Assembly: GCA_012295275.1 (NCBI GenBank)
Contig: CM022672.1
Location: 7,874,001-7,938,000 of the forward strand
DNA: 64,000 bases
Reading direction: 5' to 3'
Origin: Chrysomallon squamiferum
Taxonomy: Eukaryota; Animalia; Mollusca
Positions 1 to 14,723 of the stretch are shown here, one piece after another (positions within the stretch are counted from its first letter, which is position 1; the number at the start of each line of letters is the position of its first letter). A program made the position numbers and the translations under genes. The notes under the pieces were generated by a model, which searched no databases, was not told where the DNA came from, and saw nothing but the letters and a program-made list of their open reading frames with translations.

Positions 1-2045
1 GCAGACAACTGCTGCTAAATATCTAATGTTTTTATGCAGGGAGTAAACAGCCAGTGTCTCCCTCGCAGTCCACACACAAACAACAAGTGTATTGTTAGTC
101 TGAATACTCCTTGCATTTGACGTTTTGTTAAGCAGATAACTAAAATATCACACCACAGTGAACTGTTCAGAGAAACATCAAGCATTCACCAGTGACATTT
201 CTCAGAGATGTCAAGCACAAGATTTAATCATTTGTGTTTGATTGTGATGAACTGAAAAGTTCCAAAAACATAAATATATACACTTGACATCCATTTTTTT
301 TTTTTAATTATTATTTTTTTTTTACCTTTTCTTTTGGGTTTGATTTAATTATTAAAATTTGTTATTATATTTATTAAATTGCCAACAAAAAACAAGTTTC
401 ACAATGTCAGTTTAAACAGTTGTTTCAAGGAATTTTTTTTTCTTTCGAAATGTCTTTAAATTTCACCTTAAATATGTATGTATTAGCATAGTTATCTAAG
501 CAAACAGAAATATTTATTAATTTTTATAATTTTCCATGATTTTGTTGGGGTTTTTTGGATTATCTTTGACATTCAGTACATTTTAGGTCAGTCCACCAAG
601 TATGAACATTTAGGGATCCTTTCTTTGAAAAATGTGCCTAAAATTATGCATGCATTTCAGAAAACTCCCTTTGCATAATCTACTTTGTACATAACTTGTT
701 TTTGTTTTTGCTGTTGATTTTTTAATATTTTAATATTTTTTCTTTAGGCAAGACTGATTCAGTTATTTATTTATTTTTAAAGATTCATAGCAAAAGGTAC
801 AAATCTTGAACTTAAATTATTAAACAAACCCCCCCCCCCAAAACCCAGTAAAGAAAAATGGTGTATTCAGTTATTTAAATCATCCCGACTAAAAATAATT
901 CTCAGTTAAACTGCACTTATCAAAACATCCATTAAAAATTATTACATTTTAATGCACTGGAAACACATTTCCATACATATCCAGAGTTACATAGTGTCTC
1001 AAAATAAACAGTATTCAGTTTAAGTTTTTACAAACTTATTTTTTCAAACAAGAATAGAGTATAAATGTGACATTCTCCCTGCCAATGGGGTGGGGTGGGG
1101 TGTAATATGTTTTATAGCTGAACAGCTGAGTATCAGTTACAGCTGACAGAAGATTAGGCAATTTGATATTCCTGTGAATGTTTAAAAATTAACAAAGTTT
1201 GTGATATGTGTTATCCTTTCTGTGGAAGTACATATTATAAAGGTAAGTTCATGCTGGTTTTTACTTTTTATTTATTTATTTAAAAAATAAAATGAATAAA
1301 TAAATAAATAAATAAAAATAAATCTGCCCAATATCAAACCCTAAATACTTCATAAAAGCTTTTAACAAAATTATATTTTAATGCTCTTCTTATTTATATT
1401 CTGCATTTATGTCTCAAAGTATGCTATTGTTTATTTATTTAGTTGTTTTAGTTTTATTGTTTTTTATTATTAACATTATTATTATTATTATTATTATTAT
1501 CATTATTATTATTATTATAAGTAATGAAAAAAATAAATAAATAAATAAAAAATAAATAAAAATAACATCTCACTGAACAACAACACAAAAAACAAATAAA
1601 AAAAAAAAAAAAAAAAAGAAAATAACACAAATATAAAGCACAGTCAAGTATTTTAAAAAAAAAGTATGTATGTTGATAGGTGAAAAGTAAGATTTATGTT
1701 TAAATATCACTTACACAGACTTCAAAATAAAACGAGTTTTTGGGGTTTTTTTTATTGCAGACACCCAATACCATTTACTGAAACACTAGATACACGTTTG
1801 GGCTAAATACTACATACTGTGACCAACTTACAACAGAAAAACTTTAGATAGTAAATATATTTATATTTTAAACTTAAAATAAAAATAAAAACTGTAATAA
1901 ATAATAATTTAGTAGCATTATATCTGTATGGTGACTTTTGTTATTTGACACTTCAAATTGTTAACAAGATTTATGATGCAAGCAAAAATAAAATTTTTGA
2001 TATTTAAAGAGTCAATGTTTTCAGATTCTTTTGTTTATATGTTAC

Positions 2046-2090
<45 letters not shown>

Positions 2091-2103
2091 CATCATCAGT
2101 CAT

Positions 2104-2138
<35 letters not shown>

Positions 2139-2303
2139 TTCATACTTTCTGGGATTATTATTATTATTTTTTATTCTCTAATCTTATGTTAAGAAAATGT
2201 CCTTGAATTAGCTCACTGGGGTTTCTCTTATAGATGAATGTTCCCCAAGTGGTTCAATTCTGTACAACAACTGTTTAAACCCACCAGACCAACAATCACT
2301 TAC

Positions 2304-2363
2304 CTTTTCAACATGATAAACTTCACAAGTTCCAAATTTAAAAGAAAATGTTCCATGAATCAT
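2304..2363 (-). CDS. RGS12: Candidate alternative first coding exon of a short (PDZ/PTB-less) RGS12 isoform, MIHGTFSFKFGTCEVYHVEK
   Basis: ATG with an in-frame upstream TGA, exactly 20 codons, and a consensus donor AAG|gtaagt in phase 0 (same phase as the PTB exon donor). Adjacent CpG-retaining patch at 2390-2770 inside a CpG-depleted intron. Confidence 0.5.
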
Positions 2364-5300
2364 GTATACAATACTGCTGACAATACTACTTCAGCGGAGA
2401 TTATATTTCATGATTTTCTTGTTGCTGTTGTTGTTTTTAAATCTCTCTTTTTACCTCAAATACTTGCAATGTCGCTGACATGCAGGGCAAACTGTCAGAA
2501 GAATGCGTCTTACGCTACGCTGCAGAATTCTCATTTCACCGCAGAAGACAACAGGCTAAACCAACCATTTCCGTGAGGCAGACATAACTAAAGTTTGCAT
2601 TTCACAAATAACTCCACTGTTAGAGATCAATAAAGACAGGCGGATCCTAAAATTATGTCTGGATTGTGCAGAGTTTGTTTTTCACAACTCGTCACATGTC
2701 AGTGGTTTAGCACACCGTGGTGGTGATTTCTTCAAGCGACACATTAACTGTCAGTCGACCATATACCACCATGAGGCAGACTGAACATTCTATGTACACA
2801 GTCAACAAGACCATGCAGCAATCAGCTAATTTAATAGTTTAATCTTTTCAGAAACACTACATGAAGCAACCTGTTAAGAATAGTCCAAATAGGCAATATA
2901 CTTTAAAAATAGTAACAGTAACAAGTGTGTGTTTTGTTTTTATAACACTGATTTATCTCTGTGGATATTTTACTTTCTTTCAGAAACAATACAAAAAGCT
3001 GATTTTTTTTTTTTTTTTTTTAGTAAAGTTATTTACCTCTGCTGATAATTTACTCTTTTCAGAAGCATTAAAAATAAACATAAAAGCAAAAAAGAATTTG
3101 AATATGAAGGCAGCAAGATTTTTATTTTTAAAAAGAAAGAAAAGAAAAGAAAAAACAAAGAGAAAAAAAACAAAGAAAAAACAACACAAAATGCACCATA
3201 AATTAACACAATTTTTGTGAAATATTCTATACATTATACAGATGTAAGATATAAATCTTTACTGAACGATTTTTTTTAAAATTAATTAGACCAGGTGGAA
3301 GAAACATCTGATCTTTGATCACCAGAAATGTGTGTATATTTCTAAAATAATGAAAATATGTATTCTTTGAAAACCAGTGAGACTATGTTTTGTGTGGCTG
3401 TACATATAAATAATGGTGTCATTCCTCATTTAAACATTAATTCTTGTTACTGTGTTTGATCACAAAAAAAAACTAAATTCAGGTGGAATTAATACAATAA
3501 AGGTATCAGTGTCACCATTTTCTGTTGTCTCACATATTTTCTGATCTATTAATTCTGGAGTCTTTACCTTGTGAAATACTACAGTCTTCTTGGCTCCAGA
3601 CACATAAAATGTGTACCACAAAAAATGTCTTATCAATTTAATTTGAGAGGAACGAGTCAAAATCACTAATCTGTATAATGAATGGTGTGTGTGTGTGTGT
3701 GTGTATTTGTATTTTTTGTGTCAGGGCATGTGTATATGGGAATGCATATGCGACTGTGTACATGTTTTGCGTACATATGTAAAAGCTTGGTTTTTGTGAT
3801 ACTTATATCTGTGTTTTATGTCTTTGATGGTTTGTGCATAGCTTTGTGAGTATGTTTGGGAGTATATTTGTGTGGATGTATCCCTGGGCCTATGTTTTAT
3901 TTTTCTTGCTGCTTTTACTTTTACTGAGACAGAATTATTTGCCCATTTACATCAAGTAATTTGAAACGGGAAAACATGAAAAGCATCAAAACAAACCTCA
4001 TGTATGAGCTAAAGATTCACGTGGTGTGGAGGTGACAAATGAAATGAACAGTATTTTATATGTTTTGGAAAAGTTAACCATCTTAAATACTGCAGGTCTT
4101 AATTAGGCATCTATACATTTCTTATCTAATGATAAAAAAAAAGAAATAAAATACACTGCCTTGACTCCATGAGTTATTCTTGTGAGATTTTTGAGCCAGA
4201 AAAAAGGTTATTTTTAATTTTAATTCATTTCAAAACAGGAAAACACACAGCAGATAAGTTTGGTAATCATACAGCTAGTTCTAAACAGTGAGCTGACTCT
4301 AATTTTAGTTAAAGTAAATAAAACCCTGTGAGGTGAAGATGCAGGTCAAAATGTCTGTGTAGACTTTTCACTTTTCTATTGATCTTTTAATGCCCCTGTT
4401 CAGAATTATTATTTACACTCTTCATACACAAAAGACTCCAATAGGAAATCAGACAGAGCTCTTCAAATCACAGAAGTTGGAAATATCGGATTACACACAG
4501 TGGATTTGTTTTCTTTTTACTTTAAAAAAGAAAAGAAAGAACAAAGAATAAAATAAAATAAAAAGGACAGAAAAAGAAGAAAAATGCCCATTCTATTAAG
4601 TTCCAAAAGTGGGGAAATTAAAGTGAAATGTTTATCATTAACTGACTAAAAAGCAGTATTTTTTGTTATACAAGTGAAATTTCAACAAAATTATATTCTA
4701 AAAAAATTCTTGTTTTAAAAAAATATTAATAAAAAGAAGGAAAACCGATAAAAGAATACTGGCAACAAAATAATAATGAAAAAAGAATAGATACACCCGT
4801 CCACCCAGCCATGAAACCATTAATCTGTGTCTGTTAAAGAAATATGTAGTATATTTATCATTGTGATATCACATGATATTAGTTAAAAAATTCCAGTAAA
4901 GATCTAAGTAAACTAGTCTGAGAACAAAGTGACAATGTGGTCCAGTGAACAAGTATCAGATTAACAAACTCAGCACACTGGGGACTGTATGCTGCTCATC
5001 AAGAGGGTGTCAGTGTCTCAATGTATCAAGCCCCCTGAAATAATATCTCACTAACTCCTGCGTCTTTCAATACAATCTTATTAGGGGTGTGAACACCCCC
5101 TGCCAGCTATTGCTTTACCTGGTTAATCTGGCAGGTAGAAGGGTGGCCCTTGCACTTTACGTAATACAGACATCTGAATGTAGATCTCTGAAAGTAGGTC
5201 CTGTTATAGCAATAATAAGCTTCTTCATTAGACAGTTTTTCTGTAGAGAACCCTCCATGATGTCAACTCTGACTCTGTTTGAGACTAAGAATGATGTAAC

Positions 5301-7943
5301 TGCTTTTGTTAAAATACACACACACAAAAATAACTGACTGGTTTAAAATACTGACACCGGAAGAAATGTTATTTTTGTAGATTTTTATCTGATTTTTTTA
5401 TAAAACATTAATTTTATCAGCATATTTCCTGATAAAAAAAATTCAAAAAAATGTTTGATGTTTAAGCATCTAATTATATGCATGTAGATGTATATGTATG
5501 AATTCTTAATTTTGCCTTTTAGTTCAATCTTTTCTGTCATCTTCTTCAACTTTCTGACTTCTCTTAAACTCCATTTGATATCTTCAGCTGTAGAGCAACT
5601 TGAATCATCTTTATTTATGTAACAAAATAATGTTCTTTCATCATTAACTTGAGATATCTAGATCAAAGAATCTAACATTCAAAGAAACTATTTAAATAAT
5701 CTTAAAATTATCTGAAATAAACTGTAAAATTGAGCTACCAATTTGCTGTATTGTATTGTTTCTTTCATTTTTTTATTTTAAAAATAGAATGCTTTTATTC
5801 AGGAATATTATCAACAAGCACCTCAACTCAAATTATAACACTCCAACTTGTGAAAAACAAAAAAGAGTCAATATTTTTTGTAGTTTACTCAAAAAGGTTA
5901 ACAAATAAAAACAAAACAAAATTCTCTTAAACTATTCTAGTAAACCCTCCTTTTATATTTACTACCATTAAGCTGTGACAAAATGATTTAAACATCTAGC
6001 TAATTGCTTGTTCCACACCAGGTAATACAGGAATGGTCATGGCATTTAGCAGATCAAAAGGAAAATTAATCACTGTTCCCATAAAATACTTTTCACCTTG
6101 CCAAATCATTATCTCTTGTTCTGACTCCAGGTTTTGTTCAGCTGGTGGAGAAATTTACAACTCCGAAGTTGTTGCACCTACCACTTAGAGTAAATAAAAC
6201 AGAGGTAACAATATCTACCAAACAAATGAACTGAAAGAAAGCTTTTGTTTTCTGTTTCTTTTTCTTGTCTAATTGATTTAAGGTGGGGGCTTTTTGTTGT
6301 TGTTTTTTCTCTACTTCTTACAGATTGTTCAGTTTTAGTTGTAGTAACTGCAGGTGGTTTGACAAAACTGTATTTTATTTTGTGAATGAAAAATTAAAAT
6401 GTCATTTATATTCTTATGAAGTCATTTTGTTTACTGTTAATATAGGTTTTCTGAAATTATGTTCACCTTTTTTTTGCTTTAGTAATCTGCTTCTAAAGAG
6501 ATGTGAAGTTTACCATTTTTATTTCTTAAAAGATACTGTATTATCTTTATGATATGACATCCTTTATACAAGCATAGACAACAAAAGTTTCTGAAAATAA
6601 ATTTACAGCATGCTTGTCATTATGAATAACATTTAAATGTGAATACAAAATATGGCTAACATTCCACATACAAACAGTGGTAATAACTTGTTTATATCAA
6701 ATGTTGTCTTTAAACCCTCTTCAAACTCATCTTATTAATTTATGAAGTTCTAGAAGTTACAAAAAACTCCTAACAACACTAATTAAAACAGGAAATTTGC
6801 AGGTGCAGTAGTTTGTATTAACATCATGAAAACCATCAAAGAGGAACTGAAACAACATTTGTGTTCTTAGTAGTACAAGCAAAAGCAACATTCTAACAAT
6901 CGTAACAGACATAAGTTAATTATTATTGCAGTGTGATGAGGCCCCTGTGGAGAGTGCAGTCTCTGAGAAAACAGGAGAGTGGGAAGTGGAGGCCTGTCTG
7001 TACAATTAGTTACACAGTCTATCATCTGTTAAAACAATTAGCTGAATTAATCACTGGGGGTAACACTGTTTTCTCTACACAAACATAATGAAGATAAACA
7101 TTTGCGTGTGTAAACCTCTGATTCAATTACTAAGAGCTCAGACAAATGAGGAAAAATGTATCCTTATTCACACAGTTAATTTTTAAAATATTCTTATTTG
7201 AAACAGTCTATCAATTTGAGGTAGTTTATTATTGTTCTGTTCTTCTTAGGTTCATCGACAACTTAAGCATGATCAAGTGTACAACTGCTTGCTTTAAAAC
7301 ATGGTCACTGCTGACAGTAAGGTAGGCACAGATCATGAATTAGATTTATAGTTTTGTAATGAACTGTAAGTTGGTACAAAGTTTTTTGCTGATAACATCA
7401 ACACCTAATCGGTCGTTAAATAACCAGTCACAGTATCGCTCTTTTTTCAATGTAGTAATGGTTTAGACTAAAATATTTACCAAACTAACTGATTCTATCT
7501 CTTTCTATAAATTTTTAAATTCTTATTTGTTTATTACACAATTATAAATGTCAGATCTTTCTTCTATTTGTGTGCATATATTATAAAGTTATTTCATACA
7601 CTGAAGACATTAAAATTAATAAAGACAAGTGTGTTATTTTACATCTGTTTGAAAAAAATATATATGTATCTAACATCCAGTTTAAATGTATAAACTGTTA
7701 AAAACAAAGTTATACTGTTGCAGTATTAATTTTTTTTTTTATATAATTATATCTTGTTTTATATTTATATATTGTGTGCATGTGTGTGTGTGCATATGTT
7801 TATATAGACAGTAATGAAAATTTTATTTACATCTCTTTAAAAAATCTTGAATCAAAATGTCATGTATCTCTACATTAAGTTAATAAATGAACTGAACAAA
7901 TTCATTTAAAATTATGAATTTTGTTATTCAGTGGATGGAGTAT

Positions 7944-8046
<103 letters not shown>

Positions 8047-9272
8047 TTATTATAATTCATGCCTGTTGTCTATATTTAAATCTTGTAAATCTGATGATTT
8101 TCCCACAGTGTACATACAGAATGTAACTAATTGAGCTGTGGGACGTCCAGACAGGGACAGAGTTAGTGTCTGAACACCAGCATGTACTCACCAGCTGACT
8201 GAGATGTCAACTACCATTCCCACCAATACTCACTGCCTACAACACACACCTATCTGTCTTCTTACATACATTTCCATCTCAGACTCACACTTAATGTATT
8301 CATAGACAGTATTCACAGACAGTATTTATTTTGCTCTCTCTCTCTCTCACACACACATGCACACTTACTGATATTCATAGTAACATTTCTTACCCACAAA
8401 CAGTCATATGATTCACCTTTTTATTTTCTTTCTCTCATATACAAATTGCATACATACGTTTCCTATCATTTTCACACATCTTGTACACTTTTACATACTA
8501 ACATTAAGATAAACTTTTAAATAATTCATAAAGATCAGCAATAAAATAAACCACACTTCAAAAAGCACAAAATAAAATTCATTTTCACAGGTTATCCCCA
8601 TGTTATCTGTGTGTTAAATCTAACACATTTTAAATACTTCTTAATTATATATTTTTTGAGGTGGACTGCTGTTAAATGAGATTCACACTATGCAATACAA
8701 AGTGATGACTTTTTAGGACATGAAAAACATACAATTTTTTTTATTTTTTATTAAAACTTAAAAGTCTTATTTGATACAGTAGACATTTATTAATTAGTAC
8801 AAATTACTTGTTTTGTAAAACAGTAAGCTTTCAACCAACTGAAAAATACAAAAATAGATTAGGCATGAGTTTTGTCCCTTTGGTGAATATTTTTCTTTCT
8901 GTAACATTAACAAGAAAGACTGTTTGAATCAAGAAGTTTAAAGGCTATTGCTCTTATATGAATATATTAACTTAACATCACTACATGAATTGATCTTCTT
9001 AAGAGTTTGTTATCTAACTACAACAAATAAATATATGAAACTTCATCTAATAAACTGGTTTTGACACTGCTAACACTTCTGAATTAATATAATGATCGTC
9101 TATTTACAAAAGTCATTTTTATAATTAATGTCTGGTAAATAATTTGGAATATGTTAATTATATTTTTTCTTGCAAAAGTTAAATCCAAGTTTTTATTGTA
9201 TTTGAAATCTCATTTCAATCAAAAATATAATACATTAATTTCTAAATGCTTTTCTTTTTAATATTTAAAATG

Positions 9273-9305
<33 letters not shown>

Positions 9306-12195
9306 AAATAAAATAGTAATTCAGTTTCAAGATGATACCCATGAGAAAATAAAAAAAATAACAAAATAATTTAAACTACTACTAATAATAATTAATTAAA
9401 AGTTCAATACAGTATAAAATATTTCAAGGACTCAGCAAACACAATGTTAGTGTAATAATAAATTCATTAAAACTACAATTCTAAATAGGTAAACCTAAAA
9501 ATTACAACAAATAAGGTCACTGTTTACTGATTCACTATTAAAATCCCCAAAATAAATTTCAATGCAGTATAGTTCTTTTGAGAACTGATACAAAAATTGT
9601 GTATTTACACTCAGTCTGATAAGTTTTTACTGTCTCTACCCTACATTCTGATGAAATTATTGAGTTACTGCCCTTTATTGGATTAAGCAAAAACCCAATA
9701 ATAATAATAATAGAGACAATCACTATTATAAACACAGTGCCACAAAACAATCACAAAATGAAAATTGTAAAATGATGTCATAAGTATTTACATTTTTTTT
9801 CTTCAGAAATACATACAATACTTTAAAACCATTATTTTCTCTAAGTTGAAAAACAACATCTAATTTTGACTGCATAACAAACCATTACTGCTTTAAACGA
9901 ACAAATACACTGTGTATCAACAGAAGTTTATAGATATCACATTCTGTGCAGCTAAAGGTGAATTTATTATTGTTCTTTAAATTGCATTTAAAGTTCTAAG
10001 TAATAAGATATTTTGGAGTCATTTTAAAAAAAAAATAGTTTTAGAAATCTGATATAATCATGACACATTACTGAAAATTAAATACAACAGAAACAAAAAC
10101 ATTAATTTTAATACATGCAAAATGCATTTAGACAATCTGTAACAAGATAGTTATTTATTATTTTCGGAGATGTACAAAATGTATTTAGTTTCTAACACTA
10201 AAGCTCCAGAGGAAATATCTACAAAATTATTTTAACAATTATTAAATTTTTACTTTTGATGATATAAGAGAACAGTTTAAACATGCTCTGCATATTTCCA
10301 AGTTATGTTTCAGTACTTAATTATTTATTATTATTATTATTGTTTGGATTTTTATTTTTATATATATATATTTTTGTTTGTTTGCTGTTTTTTTTTTTTT
10401 TTTTAATTTTTTTTAATTTTAATTTTATTTAATTATTATTTCTTTTTTTTTTTTTTTGAATGTAGTTAATAATAATAATGTATAATCACAAAAGAGTATA
10501 GTTAAAAAATTATTTTGGCTTCCCCCATTTATCTATGGACAGATCATCATCAGAGGGTCAACAAATTTGATCTAAAGTTTCTTCAAGTGTTAGCAAAAAA
10601 TATAAAAATATGTCTATTAATCTGTCAAGTACCCAATGTCACCACAACTCCAGTTGCAACTGAAGGGGGAAAATGGTGACATTTAAAGATGTAATAAAAA
10701 TAATATCATAACCTGGAAGTAAGAGACTTTTCAGACCATTCATTGATACCATCACAAGAACATTTTAATATTAAAATTACCTCACTTTTCTGCCTTCTTT
10801 CGATAAAACTTCTTACACTGAACATATCCAAACAGAAATCATGTAATTTTTCACTGAAGAATGTTTCAAGCCATATCAGAAATTATATTTATTTAACATC
10901 ACCAAGATTAAAGTTATTTCACAGCAGATTTAAAAAAAGAATCACACTTTTCAGTGTTTCCTGTTCAAATAAATCACTGTCTAATAATCTTGGATATATA
11001 TATATTTTTTATATATTTTTTTAAACTTTTAAATACAAATTCCAGTTATCAACAGACTTCCAGCAAAATAATAAATAAATTAACAAGGATAGTCATTACT
11101 CCAACATTTTGCTTTTCTCCATTATTAACATCACTTGACTGGCTGATTTGTCAGACCACCTATCTAAATCAGTGCCACCTCCTGACAACAGTATCTACAA
11201 CATGTAAACTTTAATTACATGATGAATCCAAACACTTGAGACTGACTGACAAGCCAATTAAACAGATGACTGATCCAGTTATTGATAATAATTAATTGTG
11301 TATTAAGAGTTCAATCACAAAAATCTCCAACTAAATACAGTGCAGGGGTCCATCCTTTTCACATAAACAAGACTAGTATTACACTATACCCTTTCAGGTA
11401 CAGAAACATTAACAACAATATGTGTAGCCTTTGGACACATTTCTAAATATATAATTTTTATTATAATGTTGACAAACCCTTTTGAAATAAGTCAGGCCAA
11501 TTTTTATTCATTATATAATCTGTATGAGTTTGTATTGAAAACTTCTGCTTTGCAGCGGTACCACAGTACACAGCACTATACATACACTTGTTCAAATATT
11601 ACATGCAGTGGTTTTGCATGTTATATATAATGCAGGAAATATAACAACAACACAGCTATAATTCACCATATTCAAATCACATCAAATGTTTCATAACAAC
11701 CACAGACTCTTGTTTTTGTGTCCTTTTTCTAACTTTTTTTCTGTTTATTCTGTATAAAAATTGTTGTTATTATTAAATTTTAATACTTCACTACATCACA
11801 TGCTGTTATAATTATTTAATAATACCTTCCTCTCTATGACAAGTCAGTCAAAATACTGCAGCTTATGTTGTCTTTCATTTCAAAATCATTGCTACTCTAC
11901 AGAAACATTTACCATGTGAAAACATTAATAAAACATCTGCAGTTTTTAATTTTATATTTCTTTGTTAGAGATAATACAAATAAAAAATAAAAAATAAATA
12001 CACTAAAACCATTTATCTGCATAAAATTAAGCTTTTGATACGAATTCTAATCCAAGTAAAATCTTTATCTGTATAAGACACGCAAAAAATACATTAATCT
12101 TTACCATCAGTTTACAGGTGAATAGTCCTTTAGACAATCTATATCTGAATAGGATACTTTTTACATTTCATAAAATAAATAAATAAATAAATAAA

Positions 12196-12252
<57 letters not shown>

Positions 12253-14723
12253 CAGTCTTCAAATTACACATTTTCTAAAAATTATAAACTGATTAATCTA
12301 AATTGTAACCATTTATTGAAAAATAAACTTTTTTCTAACTTTGTTATCCAACACAATGCACGTATTATCTGTTAACTATAAAACAGACTATACAGTCATG
12401 AAATGGAAGTAACTAGATACCTGTCAGCCAATTTTATTTGTATTAGAAAATTGTTTTATATCATTTAACAAATAAAGTAATAAAAATATGTCCTATCTAG
12501 CTATTAAAAGTCAGAAGTTTTAAATCAATATTTTACTGATAATTTTTAAATTTATCAGCAATGCCAATCTGAAACTAACTTTTAATAATGAAGTGCCATG
12601 ATTTAAGTTTTCTCTTAATATATAGATATTTATAGATAGATAGCTATAGCTATAGATTTTTTTTTCAATATATATATTTAACAAAAACAGTAAACTGTCA
12701 TCAAAGAGTTAAATAAAGGGAATTGTCAGTATGAATGCATAATTTTTTCAGCTGAAACAAATCAGTAGTATATATCTAACATGAAATAGAAATGGATGTA
12801 TTTTAACAAATGTCTGAAACAAGTTGCATGTAAGAATGCATTATCTGTTTTAAAATTATTTCAGACAAAAGTGACATAAATCAAAGCAAACAAAACTTTC
12901 AAATATTTAAACTAATATACAAATTTTTGATGAAATATCATTTTCATTTTACTTAAAATAAAATAAAATTAATTATTAAATTAAAATGTTACCATTCATA
13001 TATAAAAAAAATCTTTGTCCTGTGCCTTGGTCTCTGTGACTCAGAGGTCCTAGCAAGCACTAAATAAAATGCCAAACATTTTTAGATTTATCTGTAAGTA
13101 GGATCTGAACACTGGTGTTTACACAGTGATATTGAACTCTCCTTTATTTAAACTGTCTTCCCATTGTTACAACTGCTACTTGGTTAATGACTAAATAAAC
13201 AGTTTCAAACAGTCACATCTCTTAATAATGTCAGTTATCTAAAGATGTAAGTCAGACCATTGTTCTTTTCTTTTTCTACCTCTATTTCAAATATAACTGT
13301 GCAAATGCTCAAGATATTTGTAGTTGTCTGTAAATTTTAGAAATGAGTTTTCTTTTTCACAATAAATTTGTGAAATATGTAACAAAACTCATATTATTTG
13401 CCAGGAATATTTATCAGTGAGAATCACTGATAACTGATTTATGTTTAAAAATATCCCAAAATAAATATTTTCAGTTAAAATGTCAACAAGCACTGTGTAT
13501 GTGTCTGTTTGTGCGTTTTTCATTCACATTACCACATTTTAAATATCCATATCTTAAATAAATTTTATCCATACTGTTTTTTAATTGTCATTTTATAATA
13601 AAAAAAAATATTAAGTGTAACTGTATTTTGTATTCAGTTTTTAGCTAATGCATTATATATATATATATATATATATATATGATTATATCTCATTTTCTGC
13701 TTGAATGCTCAAATTAAATAAGACTATGTTTCACATTCATGTATTTCACAAACTCTGAATGGTTTATCTTTATAATATATTCATTAAACCCACCAGAAAC
13801 ATAACATCACAATGACTGACTAAGCAGCAAAGTCAAATATTGCAGTTACCTATCTTGATTATTACTGACAAAACGTTGTTAGCTATCATAATAATGTTAC
13901 TCTGATTATCATCAATCAATGTTCAGTTTTATGTACTTACATCCTGTTCATTTTACATAAACCAAGTAGTTTATTTTTTTATTTAAACTATTCAAGAACC
14001 TAATAAGTGAATAAAATAAAATAAAATAAAATAAAACAAAATAAAATAATATAAAATGAAATAAAAATAATAATAAAAGGCAAGAAATAATCTGATCGTG
14101 CTACATTATTTATCATTAATTTTGACCATATAAAAGTTCTGTAAAATGCAGATACTAAAAGATTACTGTGCTGAATAATATTACCAACAGATTTTATTTT
14201 ATTCAATTATTGTATATTTATTTTACTTATACTTATTTGCTTATCAATATTTATCATCTAAAGAATAAAAGTAAATATTATAAAAAAAAATGAAAAAGAA
14301 AAGAAAAGAAAACATTTATAAAATCATGTTGTAATGAATTGTTAGCATGATTATAAGATAAATATTTATTATAATCAAGGCACTTTTAAGTAATTTTCTT
14401 TAATTTCTAAACTGTTTCAAAGCCTTCTTCTAGTTTACAACAAATGCTGCTGATATTTTAGTTACATTATTATTATAAAATATCAGCGATGAAAACATGT
14501 AACAACTACTGTTAAATATTTTAAACTTTTCAAATTAATTTTGTTTCTAATGAAGCACCATGTCTAAACAAAAACTAATTTAAATATCTTATTCTTTAAG
14601 TCAAAATTGTTAAGCAAAACTTGAAATGAATGAATGAATTTCAAATCATCTAGAACAAAGTGCTCACTGTTTAAAAAAAAAATATTTTAAGAAAATTAAT
14701 CAACAATGTGTTGCACTACATAC

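Noticed and set aside
5119-5187. Possible phase 0-0 RGS12 cassette exon (RSTFRCLYYVKCKGHPSTCQINQ)
   Set aside because: Weak donor (gtaaag), short pyrimidine tract and no resemblance to RGS12; compatible with chance.
8190-8280. Minus-strand GTGAGT donors in the RGS12 intron
   Set aside because: No ATG-initiated frame in the required phase 0.
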